Part shown: piece after piece, positions 50,382-63,446 of the stretch
Layout: each line of letters opens with the position of its first letter
Position numbering within the stretch: position 1 is the stretch's first letter
Source: Parasitella parasitica NRRL 2501
Lineage: Eukaryota > Fungi > Mucoromycota
Assembly: GCA_025201805.1 (NCBI GenBank)
Contig: MU619256.1
Location: 101,356-165,355, forward strand
DNA: 64,000 bases
Direction of reading: 5' to 3'
Notes under the pieces: generated by a model
What the model was told of the DNA's origin: nothing
What the model saw: the letters and a program-made list of their open reading frames with translations, nothing else
The model's database searches: none
Position numbers and translations under genes: made by a program

Positions 50382-53300
50382 ATGAATCCCTCCAATAACG
50401 TCGCTGCTGCTGCTGCTGCTGCTGCTACTTCTGCAGCGGGTCGTTCAACATCACTGCGACGAAACATGTCAAAATCATCGCAATCAGATGCCAATAGACC
50501 CAAGAGACAAAAATCACTAGTGAGACCAGAGCGAGAGCGAAATGATCCAAACGGCCGTCTCTATCACTATCGCCAAAGAGCTGCTCACGAGCCGGATCAC
50601 AGCCATCCCAGCACGACTGGGAACCAGCCCCCACAGGCTCCACCCACATCAGCACGCTTAGAACGAAGAACGACCACGAGCAAACAATTCCTCAGGCGCG
50701 GAAAGAGCATATTGGGCCGAGAAGAAAAGCAAGAGGACGAGCAAGAGATCCAGCAGCAAGAGACGGAATACAGCAACAGAAAATCGAGCTTATTTTCTGG
50801 ATTCAGCCCTTGGATGACCTACTGTCGCATTCTAACGTGCTGCATACCAAAGCCTTTGCTTCGATGTGCGGGTAAGTGCCATTTGGTGATAAATATACTA
50901 GTAGTGATGGATTCATCAATTTCTCACATGCAAAAAAAAAAAAAAAAAAAAAAAAAAAGGAATACCTGATGGTCCTGCGCAGATGGCTTGGCGTGAAAAA
51001 ATAGGCTTGGTTTCTTTCATCCTGTTCATTATGGGATGTGTTGGCTTTTTGACTTTTGGATTTACTCAGGCGGTGTGTCCCATTCCGCCTTTGAGTGTTC
51101 GTGGAGGCCAAGTGAGTCCAGGCTACCTGATTATTGCAGGTTGGGCCTACATGATGGCTGAATGGGAGCATCCGGTAGGGCCTAGCAACGAGCCAACCAA
51201 CATACTCTTTCCCCCAGTCAACGCTGGTGGCATGGATGCGACATTTTTATTTCAAACAAGTCAACCCGACTGTGCATCTGTGTTTACGCCAATTCAAGGT
51301 GATCAGCAAATCTACTTTCCATGCCAATTGTTTAACCCAAATTCGACCATCCCACCTGACCCTTCCCAATTTACAAACCAAACATCCTGCCACCTAGTAG
51401 CAAATGCGCGCAATGTTTACAGCGGATTCCAGAGCCAAGGCGTGCCAAAATCTGCGGGTGGGTTTGATAAAGCAGCCCGGGTTTACTATGACTGGAATGA
51501 CGTTACAGCTGAAAGCTCGCTCAGTGTTTACAATGGGTATTTATTTCTATCTTTAGTTGATCTGCTGCCGGCATTAATCTTATCTTTTATTAGAAACGTG
51601 TTGAATCTGAAACTGTTATCATCGCTGCCACCCGCCTACTTTCAGACAAATGCAAACGGCCTGATTGCCGCCATCAAACAGGACGTCACCCAGTTTTCAG
51701 GAAAGGACATTACCCGAATCATCAACGCAAACAGAGCAAACGACGAAGGCTTGTGGGAGCAGGAGGCACGCTGTCTGTCCGCAACCATCATGGTAGGCTC
51801 GTTGGACACCATCAGCATCGGCTGCATGGCATCAGACATTGTGCTGTATGTCTCTTTGGCTGTCATTTTGGGCGTCATCCTCGTCAAATTTGCGTTGGCT
51901 GTCATTTTTGGCTGGTTTTTGTCGTGGAAATTGGGAAACTTCAAAGAGGGCGAATCCTATGCTGCGAGAATGAAGCGCGAGGCAGAAATTGAAAATTGGA
52001 CAACCAACATGCAGGCCGCTGCTCCGCTGTCGAAACCTCGAATTCAGTCGCAGTTTTATGGCGCCGGCAGCAGCAAACGCAAGAGCCTGTTTCCTCAGAC
52101 ATCCCGCTTCACCCAGCCTTTGCACGGCTCCACCCGCTTTGATACCGAGAAAGTTGCAAATGCTTCAGCTGTCTGGAGAACCCCAAATAGGTATTGTTTA
52201 TTTTTTTTTTATTTTTTTTTTTATTTTTTGCCCAAGTGGTACATGAATTTACAAACAACAACACATCTATTCTTAGCGCTTTGGAAGGTCACGTGAATCG
52301 ACAATCCATGATGTATGGCTTGGATGGAGCTGGCAGACATTCCTCGTACATGCTGGGCTCACCAGACGGCTACAATACCAGTAGATCGTCGTTTTACAAC
52401 ACGCCGTCAGCATCGGCTCGATTTTTGGGCGTTGATCCGCACGCTCGTCGCTCATCCATCACATCCTCTGACTTGGCAAGCAGCACCGACACGCACTCAT
52501 CCGGGCCAGCATGTCCCTATCCCATCTCGCGTCATGCAGTGAGACAGCCTCCTTCAGACTACATGCCCTTTAATTTCCCCCTTGCTCACACCATCTGTCT
52601 AGTGACATGCTACTCAGAAGGCGAGGCAGGCATTCGCATTACACTTGACTCCATTGCCACCAGCGACTACCCCAACAGCCACAAGCTCCTGTTGGTCATT
52701 TGCGATGGCTTAATCACCGGGGCTGGCGAAACCATGTCCACACCCGATATATGTGTCAACATGATGAGGGATCTGATCGTCCCTGCAAATCAAGTAGAGT
52801 CGTATTCGTACGTAGCATTGGCCGATGGCTCGCGGCAGAACAACATGGCCAAGGTGTATGCCGGCTTTTATAAATATGACGATACCACAGTTGACAAGGC
52901 GCATCAGCAACGTGTTCCTATGATTACTATTGTCAAATGTGGCACCCCTGAGGAGCAGGAGAAAGCAGGCAAGCCGGGCAACCGTGGCAAGAGAGACTCT
53001 CAAATCATCCTAATGCAATTTATGCAGAAGGTCATGTTTGATGAGCGTATGACGACCATGGAATACGAGTTCTTCAACGGCATCTGGCGCGTCGCAGGCG
53101 TTCCTCCTGACGCGTACGAGATCGTTCTGATGGTTGATGCCGATACAAAGCTGTTTCCCGACGCACTTTCAAGACTTATATCATGTGCTGTCAAAGACCC
53201 TGAAATTTCAGGCCTTTGTGGTGAAACCAAGATTGCCAACAAGACAGACAGCTGGGTCACCATGATGCAGGTGTTTGAATACTACATCTCCCATCATCAG

Positions 53301-54781
53301 TCCAAGGCTTTCGAGTCCATCTTTGGCGGCGTGACATGCTTGCCTGGCTGTTTCTGCATGTACCGTATCAAGGCGCCCAAGGGCCCGGACGGCTACTGGG
53401 TCCCTATCCTCGCAAACCCTGACATTGTTGAGCGCTATTCTGAAAACATAGTAGATACACTGCATAAAAAGAATCTGCTGCTTTTGGGCGAAGATCGCTA
53501 TTTGTCTACATTGATGCTTCGAACCTTTCCTAACAGAAAGATGATGTTTGTTCCACAGGCCGTGTAAGTTGCTGAGTGTGTTTTATTATTGGTTAAATGT
53601 GTACGTTTTAAACTGACAAAAAAAATCGATGGCTTTATAGATGCAAAACAGTGGTCCCTGACACTTTTATGGTGCTGCTGTCTCAGCGCAGACGCTGGAT
53701 CAACTCCACCATCCACAACCTAATGGAGCTGCTGTTTGTACACGATCTCTGCGGCACGTTTTGTTTTTCGATGCAGTTTGTCATTTTTATGGAGCTGGTC
53801 GGCACGTTGGCCCTGCCTGCAGCCATTTCCTTTACGCTGTACCTGATTGTGATGGCTATTTTGGGACAGCCTGCTTTGATTCCGCTCATCCTTCTGGCAT
53901 TAATACTGGGCCTGCCGGCTGTGCTTATTGTGATGACGAGCAGAAAGATTGTCTATGTTGGCTGGATGATGGTTTATTTGATCAGCTTGCCTATTTGGAA
54001 TTTCGTACTGCCCACCTACGCCTACTGGCATTTCGATGACTTTTCGTGGGGCGATACTCGCAAGGTAGAAGGTGCAAAATCAGACAAGAAGGGAGGCCAC
54101 GCGGACAAAGACGGCGAGTTTGATAGCAGCGTGATTACCATGAAGAAATGGAGCGAGTACGAAAAGGAACGAAGAACCAACGAGGCAATTGAGCGCAACA
54201 TGCCTATTCCTCGCTTCCTGGATAAACCCAGAGGCAGCCTTGACATCTTTAGGGACTCTGTGTTCCCCAAGCGCTACAGCAAGACGGGTTCAGCAGGATC
54301 CAACGAATCAGACATGCCACTCACTCAGATGGGGGCTGTATCTGGGTATGCAGCAACGAAGCTGCTACCCCAGAGACAGACAACGAAAGCTGTTATAAAT
54401 GAGAGCATTGTCGACGATCTAATCATCGAAGAGGGACGCGGCAAAAACCAAGCGCCATCATCATCAACAACTGATATCCCGTTGACTACAATGCATTCCC
54501 AAGAGGCGCCTGTCTTGAACAGACCACGCGGAAGCTACAATGCGAATCTGACTGATTTTCCCGCAGAAGAGGAGGATGAAGATGATGCGTATCATCAAAC
54601 ATCTCTGCTATCACCAAACAGACAGACAAGCTTTAGCGCAAACAACGAATGGTCGAATCCAGCACCTCACCACTACCACCAGACAACAAACAGTTACGAA
54701 AGCCCTCTTTTAGACTCGTACCCATCAAAATCTACCAATATACCCTTGCCCCCACCTCACGACAATGATCCTAGAACATAG
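50382..54781 (+). CDS. CHS3: Chitin synthase, class IV (division 2), multi-exon
   Basis: AWREKIGL; LVTCYSEG; [11 protein letters not shown]; VDADT; TCLPGCF; LGEDRYL; [10 protein letters not shown]; [10 protein letters not shown]; no myosin motor domain. Confidence 0.92.
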
Positions 54782-55698
54782 GCTGCGCTGTGGCAGTAGT
54801 AGTAGTAGTAGCAGTAGTAGTGTTAAAATAAAACTTGGTATCGTTTTATGGATAAAATATCTTGAAAAGGAAAATGGCTATATATCGATGTTTGTTTATA
54901 ACGGTATAAGATTTCAGGATGGTTTCCATTTGTTATTTCTTTAGTGCTGGTCTCTTGTGTGCATAACATGCATGTACAATGTATAGTCTAATCTATCACC
55001 ATTCGCTGCCCCCCCCCCTTTTTTTTTGTTCCTCTTCTCTTCTTTTGTACACATATATATATCAAATTACTCATCCAAGTTGCAAGATAACTGGCAACAC
55101 AAGTATGATTCTGGAATCTCGCAAGTGTATCAGTTGTACATGCAATTCCCAAATACAAATGTTTTATATTAAATAAATCAAGCAAGAGAAAAAAATATAC
55201 AGTACCACGTTGTACATTTGCTACCCAAACTCGTGATACTTGAATCCGTTTTTTCCATTTCGCTTCAACTGTATATTATACGTTTCAATCAGCAATACTC
55301 TCTTTTAACGCGCCCGAATCAACAAAGCATCATAGATTCCATGTGGCAAGATAACAAACATTATCATGGGATTAAGATAAAAAAAAAGCCCAAAGTTGAG
55401 AAATTTCTCGACCGGTTTTTTTCGCTGTTTAGTGCTAAGCATAATGCATATGATTCTCACTTCTTTTTTTTGATTTCGTGCTACATCGGTCCTTTGTTTT
55501 TAAGCTATTGAAAAAGGAGGAGAGTTTTGGGCACCAGCACTTTGATTATAAACAAAGACGACATGGCAGATCAAAGAGATGAATTTCCAAGAGTTCCATG
55601 CGCATCAAATGAAACTGTTGTAGAAAAAGAAAACAGATGATGTTTAACCATGGTAACTGCTATAGAATTTTAAAGGTCATATTGTTATTTGTGTACAT

Positions 55699-55699
55699 G

Positions 55700-55730
<31 letters not shown>

Positions 55731-55731
55731 A
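55699..55731. repeat. (AT)n(GT)n microsatellite upstream of PMA1
   Basis: Read directly from the sequence. Confidence 0.85.
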
Positions 55732-56588
55732 TGTGGCAATGTATACCGTATTCATCCATTAAGTAACCCAATTACTTTACCTAAAAGACTCAAATTCTCA
55801 CTCACCAATAAATTTTGTTTATTATGCATTTATCCTTTTGTGAAACCTTAACAGAAGGGTGCCTTTTTTTCAGTGTGCGTTTGTTATATACTATCGCCTA
55901 TACAGTATCCTACATGTGATTCATGGCAAGGAGAGAAAAATAAACAGATACAAGCCTTCGTTCTTGTTTTTAATAGAACTCAATGATGGAAATCATTGCT
56001 AACCTAAGATTTATTGTGTATATAGCACATTCAAATTACTGCCTCTCATTTCGGCTCCTCCACTTCTCCTGCCTTCCCTGAGACTCCCCCGTTTTCTTTG
56101 ATTGATTCCGCCTCCCTTGGCAGAAACATGATGACAAAATTTAGCTTGTTTGGCTATCCTGAAGAAATATTCCCATAGCATTTAGTGTAGCCAAATTAAT
56201 CTTTTTTGTATATAGATCAGAAAACCCTGCAGTACGGCAACAATAGGCGTGAAAAACAGAACTGGATGTCGTCGTTTGATCATCCGCCTGCAACACACAC
56301 TAGATACAACGTCTCTAGGTCGTACTAATCAGACGATAACATCTATCATTATACATGGATTCAATCGTTTTTCCGTTGATTGAGATCACAACAACCGTAT
56401 AAAGATAAATTCCAAGCTTCTTCTTTCTCTCTTTCTTTCTTCTTGTTTTCTTTACCCTTTTTTTCTCTAATTTTTTTTTTTAAAAAAAAACCAGCCATTG
56501 TATTATACACACTCGACCTTCGTCTCCCCTCCCCCTAAAAGGCGTTTTTTTATACAGTAGTGGAAATACATAAAACAGCAAAGCAAAA

Positions 56589-59460
56589 ATGTCAAACGAG
56601 GAAAAGATCGAAGTTCGATCTGATGTCAAGCCAGAAGATGAAAAGAAAGAGGATGTCCAGTTTGAGGACCATGAGCATGTTGAACATGAAGATGAAATAT
56701 CTCCAGAGCTAGAGCTGTTATTGCACACGGATCCTGCCACTGGTTTGTCCGATACAGAAGTCGCTGAGCGCACTGAAAAGTTTGGTTTAAACGAGTTGCC
56801 TGAAAGAAGACAGAATCCCATCATCAAATTCTTGCTGTATTTCACCGGCCCTATTGCTTACTTGATTGAAATCGCCTGTATCATTGCTGCTGTCGTAGGT
56901 GATTGGCTTGATTTCGGTATCATCTTGGCCCTCTTGTTCATCAACGCCTTGATCGGTTTCATTGAAGAAGCAAAGGCTGAATCAGCCCTGGATGCACTCC
57001 GCCAGACTCTGGCTCTCAAAACAAGATGTTGGAGAAACAGCGAGCTTATAGAAATCAATGTCAAGGAACTTGTTCCAGGCGATATCATTGTCCTTCGTAT
57101 AGGTGACATTGTTCCGGCTGACGCTAAGCTTCTTGGCCTTGGTGTGAATGGTGAAGTCAATGAAACTGAACTTCAGATTGATCAATCTGCTCTCACTGGT
57201 GAATCTCTCCCTGTCTCCAAGAAGAAGGGCTCCACTGTATTTTCTTCTAGTATCGTCAAACAAGGTCAAAACTTGGCTGTAGTTACCAAGACTGGTGTCA
57301 ACACATTCATTGGTCGTGCTGCCAATCTGATTGCTATCACTAATGAAGAAGGCCATTTCCAAAAGATTATTGGCAAAATCGGCAACGTCTTGATTTGGTC
57401 TACCGTTGTCCTTGTGCTCATCATCCTCATCTATCAGCTTGTTCGTTTCCGCGGCACGCCTGCCGGTGACTGGAGAGAGGTGCTTGAACACTGTCTTGTA
57501 TTGACGGTTGCTGCTATTCCTGTTGGTTTGCCTACTGTTATGTCTGTAACTATGGCTCTTGGTGCTAAACAACTTGCGCAAAAGCAGGTTATTGTGAAGC
57601 GTCTTACTGCTGTTGAGGAGCTGGCTTCTGTTTCTGTCCTCTGCTCTGACAAAACCGGTACATTGACATTGAATGAATTGACCTTTGACGAGCCTTGGTT
57701 GTCTGGTGATTACACTGCTGATGACATTCTCCTTTACTCTTACCTTGCTGCAGAATCCGGTGCTAACGACCCTATTGAATTTGCCGTCCGTCGTGCTGCT
57801 GAAGGTTCTCTTGAAGTGCTCAAAAATCGCCCTCCCAAGTCTTTGGGTGTTCCTGGCTACAAGGTCACCGCCTTCCAACCTTTCAATCCTACGACCAAGA
57901 TGACAGAAGCTACTATTCTTGATTTAGCTACGAACCAATCGTTCCGTGTTGCTAAAGGTGCTCCTCAAGTCATTACTAAACTCGCTGGTGGTAGCAATGA
58001 TGCCGTTAATGCCGTAAACTCTTTAGCTCGCCGTGGTCTTCGTGCTCTTGGTGTTGCCAAGACTGTTCCTGGTGACATGAACAAGTTTGAGCTTGTTGGT
58101 ATGATCTCTCTTTTGGATCCTCCCCGTCCTGATTCTGCTGCCACTATTCGCGACTGTAATATTCTTGGTGTTGATGTCAAGATGATTACAGGTGATCAGC
58201 TCATTATTGCAAAGGAAGTCGGTGCTCGTCTTGGTATGGGCCGTGTTATCCTGGATGCCAACCATTTGGTAGACCCTAGCAAGACTGAGGAAGAAGTTAC
58301 TGAACACTGTCGCCGTGCTGATGGTTTTGCTCAGGTTATCCCTGAGCACAAGTATCGTGTTGTTGAACTGCTGCAAAACAAGGGTTACTTGGTTGGTATG
58401 ACTGGTGATGGTGTCAATGATGCTCCTGCTTTGAAGAAGGCTAACGTCGGTATTGCTGTTGAGGGTTGTACTGACGCTGCTCGCTCTGCTGCTGATATTG
58501 TGTTGCTTGCTCCCGGTTTGTCTACTATTATTGACGGTGTAAAGACTTCTCGTGCCATCTTCCAGCGTCTCCGTTCCTATGCTCTTTATCGTATCACTTC
58601 GACCATCCATTTCTTGCTCTTCATGTTTATCATTACCTTGGTTGAAAACTGGAATATGCCTGCTATCTTGCTGATTATGATTTGTGTCTTGGTAAGTTTT
58701 ATTTTCGTCTTATATCATTATCATTTCGCATACTCATGTGTGCTTGCTTATAGAATGATGCTGCTACTTTGGTCATTTCTGTTGATAACACCGAAATCTC
58801 TGAGCGCCCTGACAAGTGGAGAATTGGCCAACTGCTTACCATGTCTACTGTTTTGGCTGTCCTTCTTACTGCTCTTTCATTTGCCCACTTTTACGTTGCT
58901 CGTGATGTATTCCATGTTACTCCTTACGAGTTGCATTCCATCATGTACCTTCATATTTCTTCCGGTAAGGATTCCCCATTTCGACTAGTATATATATATA
59001 TGTGTACCGGATTCTAACATTTTTCCTATTCAAACTATAAGCTCCCCACTTTGTCATCTTCTCTACCCGTGTTCCTGGCTACTGGTACAAGAATATACCC
59101 CATTGGATCTTTACTGTTTGTATCCTTGCTACCCAAGTCCTTGCCTTGTTTTTCTCTGTTTATGGCATTTTTGGTGAGAAGGAAGAAGTTGCTCCCTGTG
59201 GTTGGCCTTGGGGTATTGCTGTCCTTGGTATTTCATTAGTTTACTTTATGCTTCTTGACGTTGTCAAGGTCTGGCTTTTCCGCAGATGGAGCTTCGAGCT
59301 CACTGCAAAGTTATCTCCAACTCCAAAGCGCAAAGCCAAGCTCGCTCTTCGTGGCAAAGAGGCCCTTCACAAAGAACGTTTGGAAGCTTCCTGGAAGAAG
59401 GTCATTGATCCTGTTGAGGCTCATCAAATTGTCGCCGCTTTCAAGCTTGCTTCTCAATAA
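56589..59460 (+). CDS. PMA1: Plasma-membrane H+-ATPase (P3A), introns about 58692-58753 and 58964-59041
   Basis: DQSALTGESLP; IPVGLP; CSDKTGTLT; KGAPQ; DPPR; MITGD; TGDGVNDAPALKKA; strongly biased codon usage. Confidence 0.95.
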
Positions 59461-60163
59461 GAAAGCAATAATAATAATGATTATTGAGGAGGATATCCTT
59501 TTAAACAGCTTTACTTTTATCGTTATTATCATCTAATTCGCCCTACTTTTTATTATATATACTACACTACAATTTACACTGTCTTTTTATTGCCGTCAAT
59601 TCTTCTCTCTTTTTCGTTCCGTTACCCTATTCTTGTGTGTATCTAGTCTCCAAAAAATGATTATATTTTATATATAAAAATCCTAAATTCTTTCCCTGAA
59701 TTTTTGAATGTCATGTATACACTACATAATCTAAGTAGTTCAAAACTAGTGGTAATGTATTGTTCTATCATGTAATGATTTTTTTTTTTTTTTTGCAGAT
59801 GGCGGTTGCTTTCCTTTTTGGCTTGGTCACACTTGCATACACAGATCTCTATAGATTCTTAAGAACTGTACCTACATCCTCCAAACCAAGTTACTCGAAT
59901 TGCATTGCCTTGCCAAGTGCCGTATTAGGGAATACACAATTTAGAGCATGTGGCCATCATGATGAGTACATCCTTTTGTACATTTGTACTGCAGAAGAAG
60001 CAGAAAGCGGATCAACGCTGGATAGAGGCAAGATAATGTATTGTAATTAAGCTTTTGGTCACAGAAGCTGCGAGGTTCATGAAGTAGCTATCCTAATAAC
60101 ATGCAAATAATGTACAGTACTACCGTATTATCAAAAGAACTAATACTATTCAACATTCACCAA

Positions 60164-60256
60164 TTACTATCATAAGAAGCGCGCTTATGTGGGGAAAAAA
60201 AAAGATTGGTATCCACAACAGAGGCCTTAGTTCGAGCCCCAAGGTGGTAACATTTT
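60164..60256 (+). ncRNA. tRNA-like element (degenerate tRNA or tRNA-derived SINE head)
   Basis: B-box-like GTTCGAGCC at 60230; TTACTATC/GGTGGTAA closing stem; internal hairpins; TTTT follows. No canonical A box or anticodon loop. Confidence 0.25.
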
Positions 60257-60837
60257 ATTCCGTCCTATTTGGTTTTATCACTGTTGCGTAGCCATATTTG
60301 TAGTAAGCGAAACGAACGAAGAAAATTTTCAACTTCGGGACAACCTTCAGGGTGCTTTTTAGGTGGGGATTAAGAGTAAGAACCAAGTATACAGGCTAAT
60401 ACTAGTATGATAACTCTATCTGATTACGTTTTTGGATTGTCGATATTTAAGTTTGCTGTGGAGCATATGGTCCTATACAAAATACCAAATCTCACAACTC
60501 GTACCCAGCTTTAAAATCAAACTTTTACATTACAGCAAAAATTAAAATCTACAAGCAGTTTTTTATTTATTCTTCCCTGAAGTAGCGGGAAGAACCATCA
60601 TATACAAATTGAATGTTGGTATAATATATTACAACATGGGACGACATGATGAACGCAATGTATCAGTCATAGAGTACGAGGATGATATCTATATATTTAC
60701 GATTTAGCAGATAAGCTAACTTTATTAAAATAAACACTATCTTGAGCTGCAACCATTTAGTTCGGTGTAATAGATACATTCTTGGATGGAAGCTTGATCC
60801 ACTTTCATTTTCTCAGAAGAGTGTACTATCGCTTTAA

Positions 60838-61776
60838 TTATAATGAAACATTGCTTCGGATATAAGCCCTGCTTTCCAAGTCTGCGGCTCTAATCGGTTC
60901 TGGAATACGATATTGAGGGCAGGTATTTAAAACTATCTTGATAGCTGTTTCTAGTGAAATGAGATGTCCTTGGCTTACAAAAACAGGATTTGTTGCAGTG
61001 TTGGATGTCCTCAGCGCAGTGCCGTAGACTGTCCCGCTGGCATTTCCAACTAGTTTATAATCATCACCCTTTTTGCAAAGTGATCCTTTGAATTTGTCTT
61101 TAATTGCAGCCATATCATCAAATTCAGACGGAATAACCAAGAAATTCTTTGCTATTCCTATTGTTGGCGTTCGGCATAAAACACCTAAATGACTAGCAAT
61201 ACCAAATTTTCGCGGATGCAAGAGACCATTTCCTACAGTTGTAATGCTGCCGATCAGATATCAGATTTTCCGTATCGTTACATGCATATGAATACCATCG
61301 ACAAGAATAACCTGAGGATACAACTCAGGCCTATTAGTTTTTAGCTGATTAATCAGCTCCAAAAGGGGGTCGACCTCTCTAAACGCCAAGAACCCTGAGA
61401 TATATGGCAAATATAGCTTTGTGTGCAAAAATTCCTTGTATACAATCTGAATCGATGGTTAAACTAATAAGAAATGTAATTTGAGTTTGTATACACACCT
61501 GCAGCTCGGGCATTTTCATTACGATGAGACATGCTACAGCATTTTCATGATCACCTAAAGGGAAGCTTAAATCGACACCCCCGACGTGTCTCAAACCTGT
61601 TAAAGTAACAGCATCGAAAGATAGGGTATCCTCGAGAACTAGTTGCTTTTTCAGATCGCTTTGCTGTCTAAGTCATGTAGCAATTAGAAATGCTGATTCG
61701 AATTGCAATTTGAACCTTACTGGCTCCACAAAGATCTCTGTTCCTCAGATGGATCTTGGTCGTAACTTGAAGTCAT
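60838..61776 (-). CDS. ENDOV: Endonuclease V, multi-exon
   Basis: GGVDLSF; [11 protein letters not shown]; [22 protein letters not shown]; PTIGIAKN; PVFVSQGH; [10 protein letters not shown]. Confidence 0.93.
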
Positions 61777-62294
61777 CCAAAATATGGTTCCAAGGTGAAT
61801 ATCTGATCGTCATTATGTTTGAGAAATCGCGATCCTGACCTTGAAATTATTCCACATGCGTCGTTGCCGTACGTCATTTCCAATGTAAAACAGACTCTTG
61901 TTTCAACATGACATTTGTCAAATTGTGCGCGTATTAATGCAGCCTATTCCATCAATTAAATTTATCATTTTGTTGTCTGCATTTATTGTCCGGAATTCCC
62001 CCTAATCAAGTCATTGATATTAACATTGATATCAATATTAATCCTACATTGTCCCTTGGCATCATTCATGATGGAAGGAAATAGACGTTTTCTACTTGAT
62101 TTTGTCCTGCATTGTTTAGCGTAGCACCAACTACAAGTTCCATTTCGACTGCATAAAAGTTTCTGGCAGCGATCCATTATATCATAATGACAACATGGCA
62201 ATGAGATCATCACTCAACTCAAAAGGTATAAATAAGCAGTGAATTCCAACTCGAAATGTACATTATAACAAGAATCTAAATAATTAATTACAAA

Positions 62295-62588
62295 ATGAAC
62301 GCCTCAAAGACCGATGCTAACAAGGACAAGTTTGTTGGAAACGTGAAGGACGCTGTTGGTGGTGCCGTTGGCAATGAATCGCTGCAAGCCGAGGGCAAGA
62401 CCCAGCACTCCTCTGGTGAAGCTCAAGGTGTACTTGCTACTGCTCAAGGCTATGTCGAAGGCGCTGTTGACCAAGTTAGTGGCGCTGTCAAAGGAGCTGC
62501 CAATGCTTTAACAGGAAATAGCTCTGGCGAAGCCGCTGGCAAGGCCCAACGTACTAAGGGTGAAGCCCAAAAGGAATGGAACTCTTAA
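62295..62588 (+). CDS. CsbD-like / Hmp1-like small stress protein
   Basis: Two CsbD-type repeats (DKFVGNVKDAVGGAVGNESLQAEGK; VSGAVKGAANALTGNSSGEAAGK); TATAAA at about 62228. Confidence 0.8.
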   Translation: MNASKTDANKDKFVGNVKDAVGGAVGNESLQAEGKTQHSSGEAQGVLATAQGYVEGAVDQVSGAVKGAANALTGNSSGEAAGKAQRTKGEAQKEWNS

Positions 62589-63446
62589 ATCAATACGCTA
62601 AATTTGTAAATAAACCGAAGATGGGTGGTTCTCTTCTATCATACATACTATTGAATAAAAATATAAAGTCTATCTTGTAATTCAATAAATGTCATTAATG
62701 TCAATCGATACCCCAATGAGATAACGAATAAGTCGCAACTGAAACAATCTCAATGATCTGATGGTGTCTACTGAGGCTGATCGATTTAGTATTGAGAGCT
62801 ATAGTATTGTTCAGGGAAATGTGTTTTGGGACCAGCTCGTTTGTTTTAAACGCTGGAAAAATTATGTTATAAAAAAGCCAGTAAGCATGGTGTTGTTTGC
62901 TCAATTCATATCTCTGTTTGCTGCAGTTGTACTATTTATATTAGTACCATGGACGGATCACATTGCGCCATTCATCAGAGTTTACGTTGCCCAAGGGTAA
63001 TCTTCTAATTTGCTTTCAACTTCTTTTGTGTATGAACCGCTGTTTTGTGAAACTTCTCAAAAGGTTTCACTATCTCGAATAATTGCAACCGGCTGTGATT
63101 GATAACCTTATATTTACATCCTTGCATGTTTTGCTGGCGTTTTTCTTGTTGGAAACAAGTAAATGTAGCATCTCAAATTGAAAAGTTTTCAGCAGAAGAT
63201 CACAATGGCATTCCAATGTTTTTGTATGAAGAACTGTCATTTTCGAGCTAAAGGGGATATGATGTTCTTTAGTAATATCAAGTCATTTCCAAGCGAATTG
63301 TCTTGCTCACTCTCATAAAATATTATACTTCCTACGGTTGCTGGAGTAATGGTATTTTCAAAAACTCTTTTTATTATTATTTTTTTTATTTGCAAAAAGC
63401 TTATGATTTAATATGGGAGAAATTAATTTACAACCAGTAGAGTGAT

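Noticed and set aside
7789-54781. Cell-wall precursor cluster of the YvcK-like gene, SDR and chitin synthase
   Set aside because: The YvcK-like gene is about 39 kb from the other two. Only the SDR-CHS adjacency is kept as a finding.
56982-58610. Long antisense ORFs (298 aa and 195 aa) opposite PMA1, and similar ones opposite GCN20 and CHS
   Set aside because: Typical shadows of codon-biased sense genes, with no recognisable domains
59760-60050. 96-aa ORF with an acceptor-like T-run after PMA1
   Set aside because: No recognisable product and no need for an extra PMA1 exon, which terminates normally at 59460
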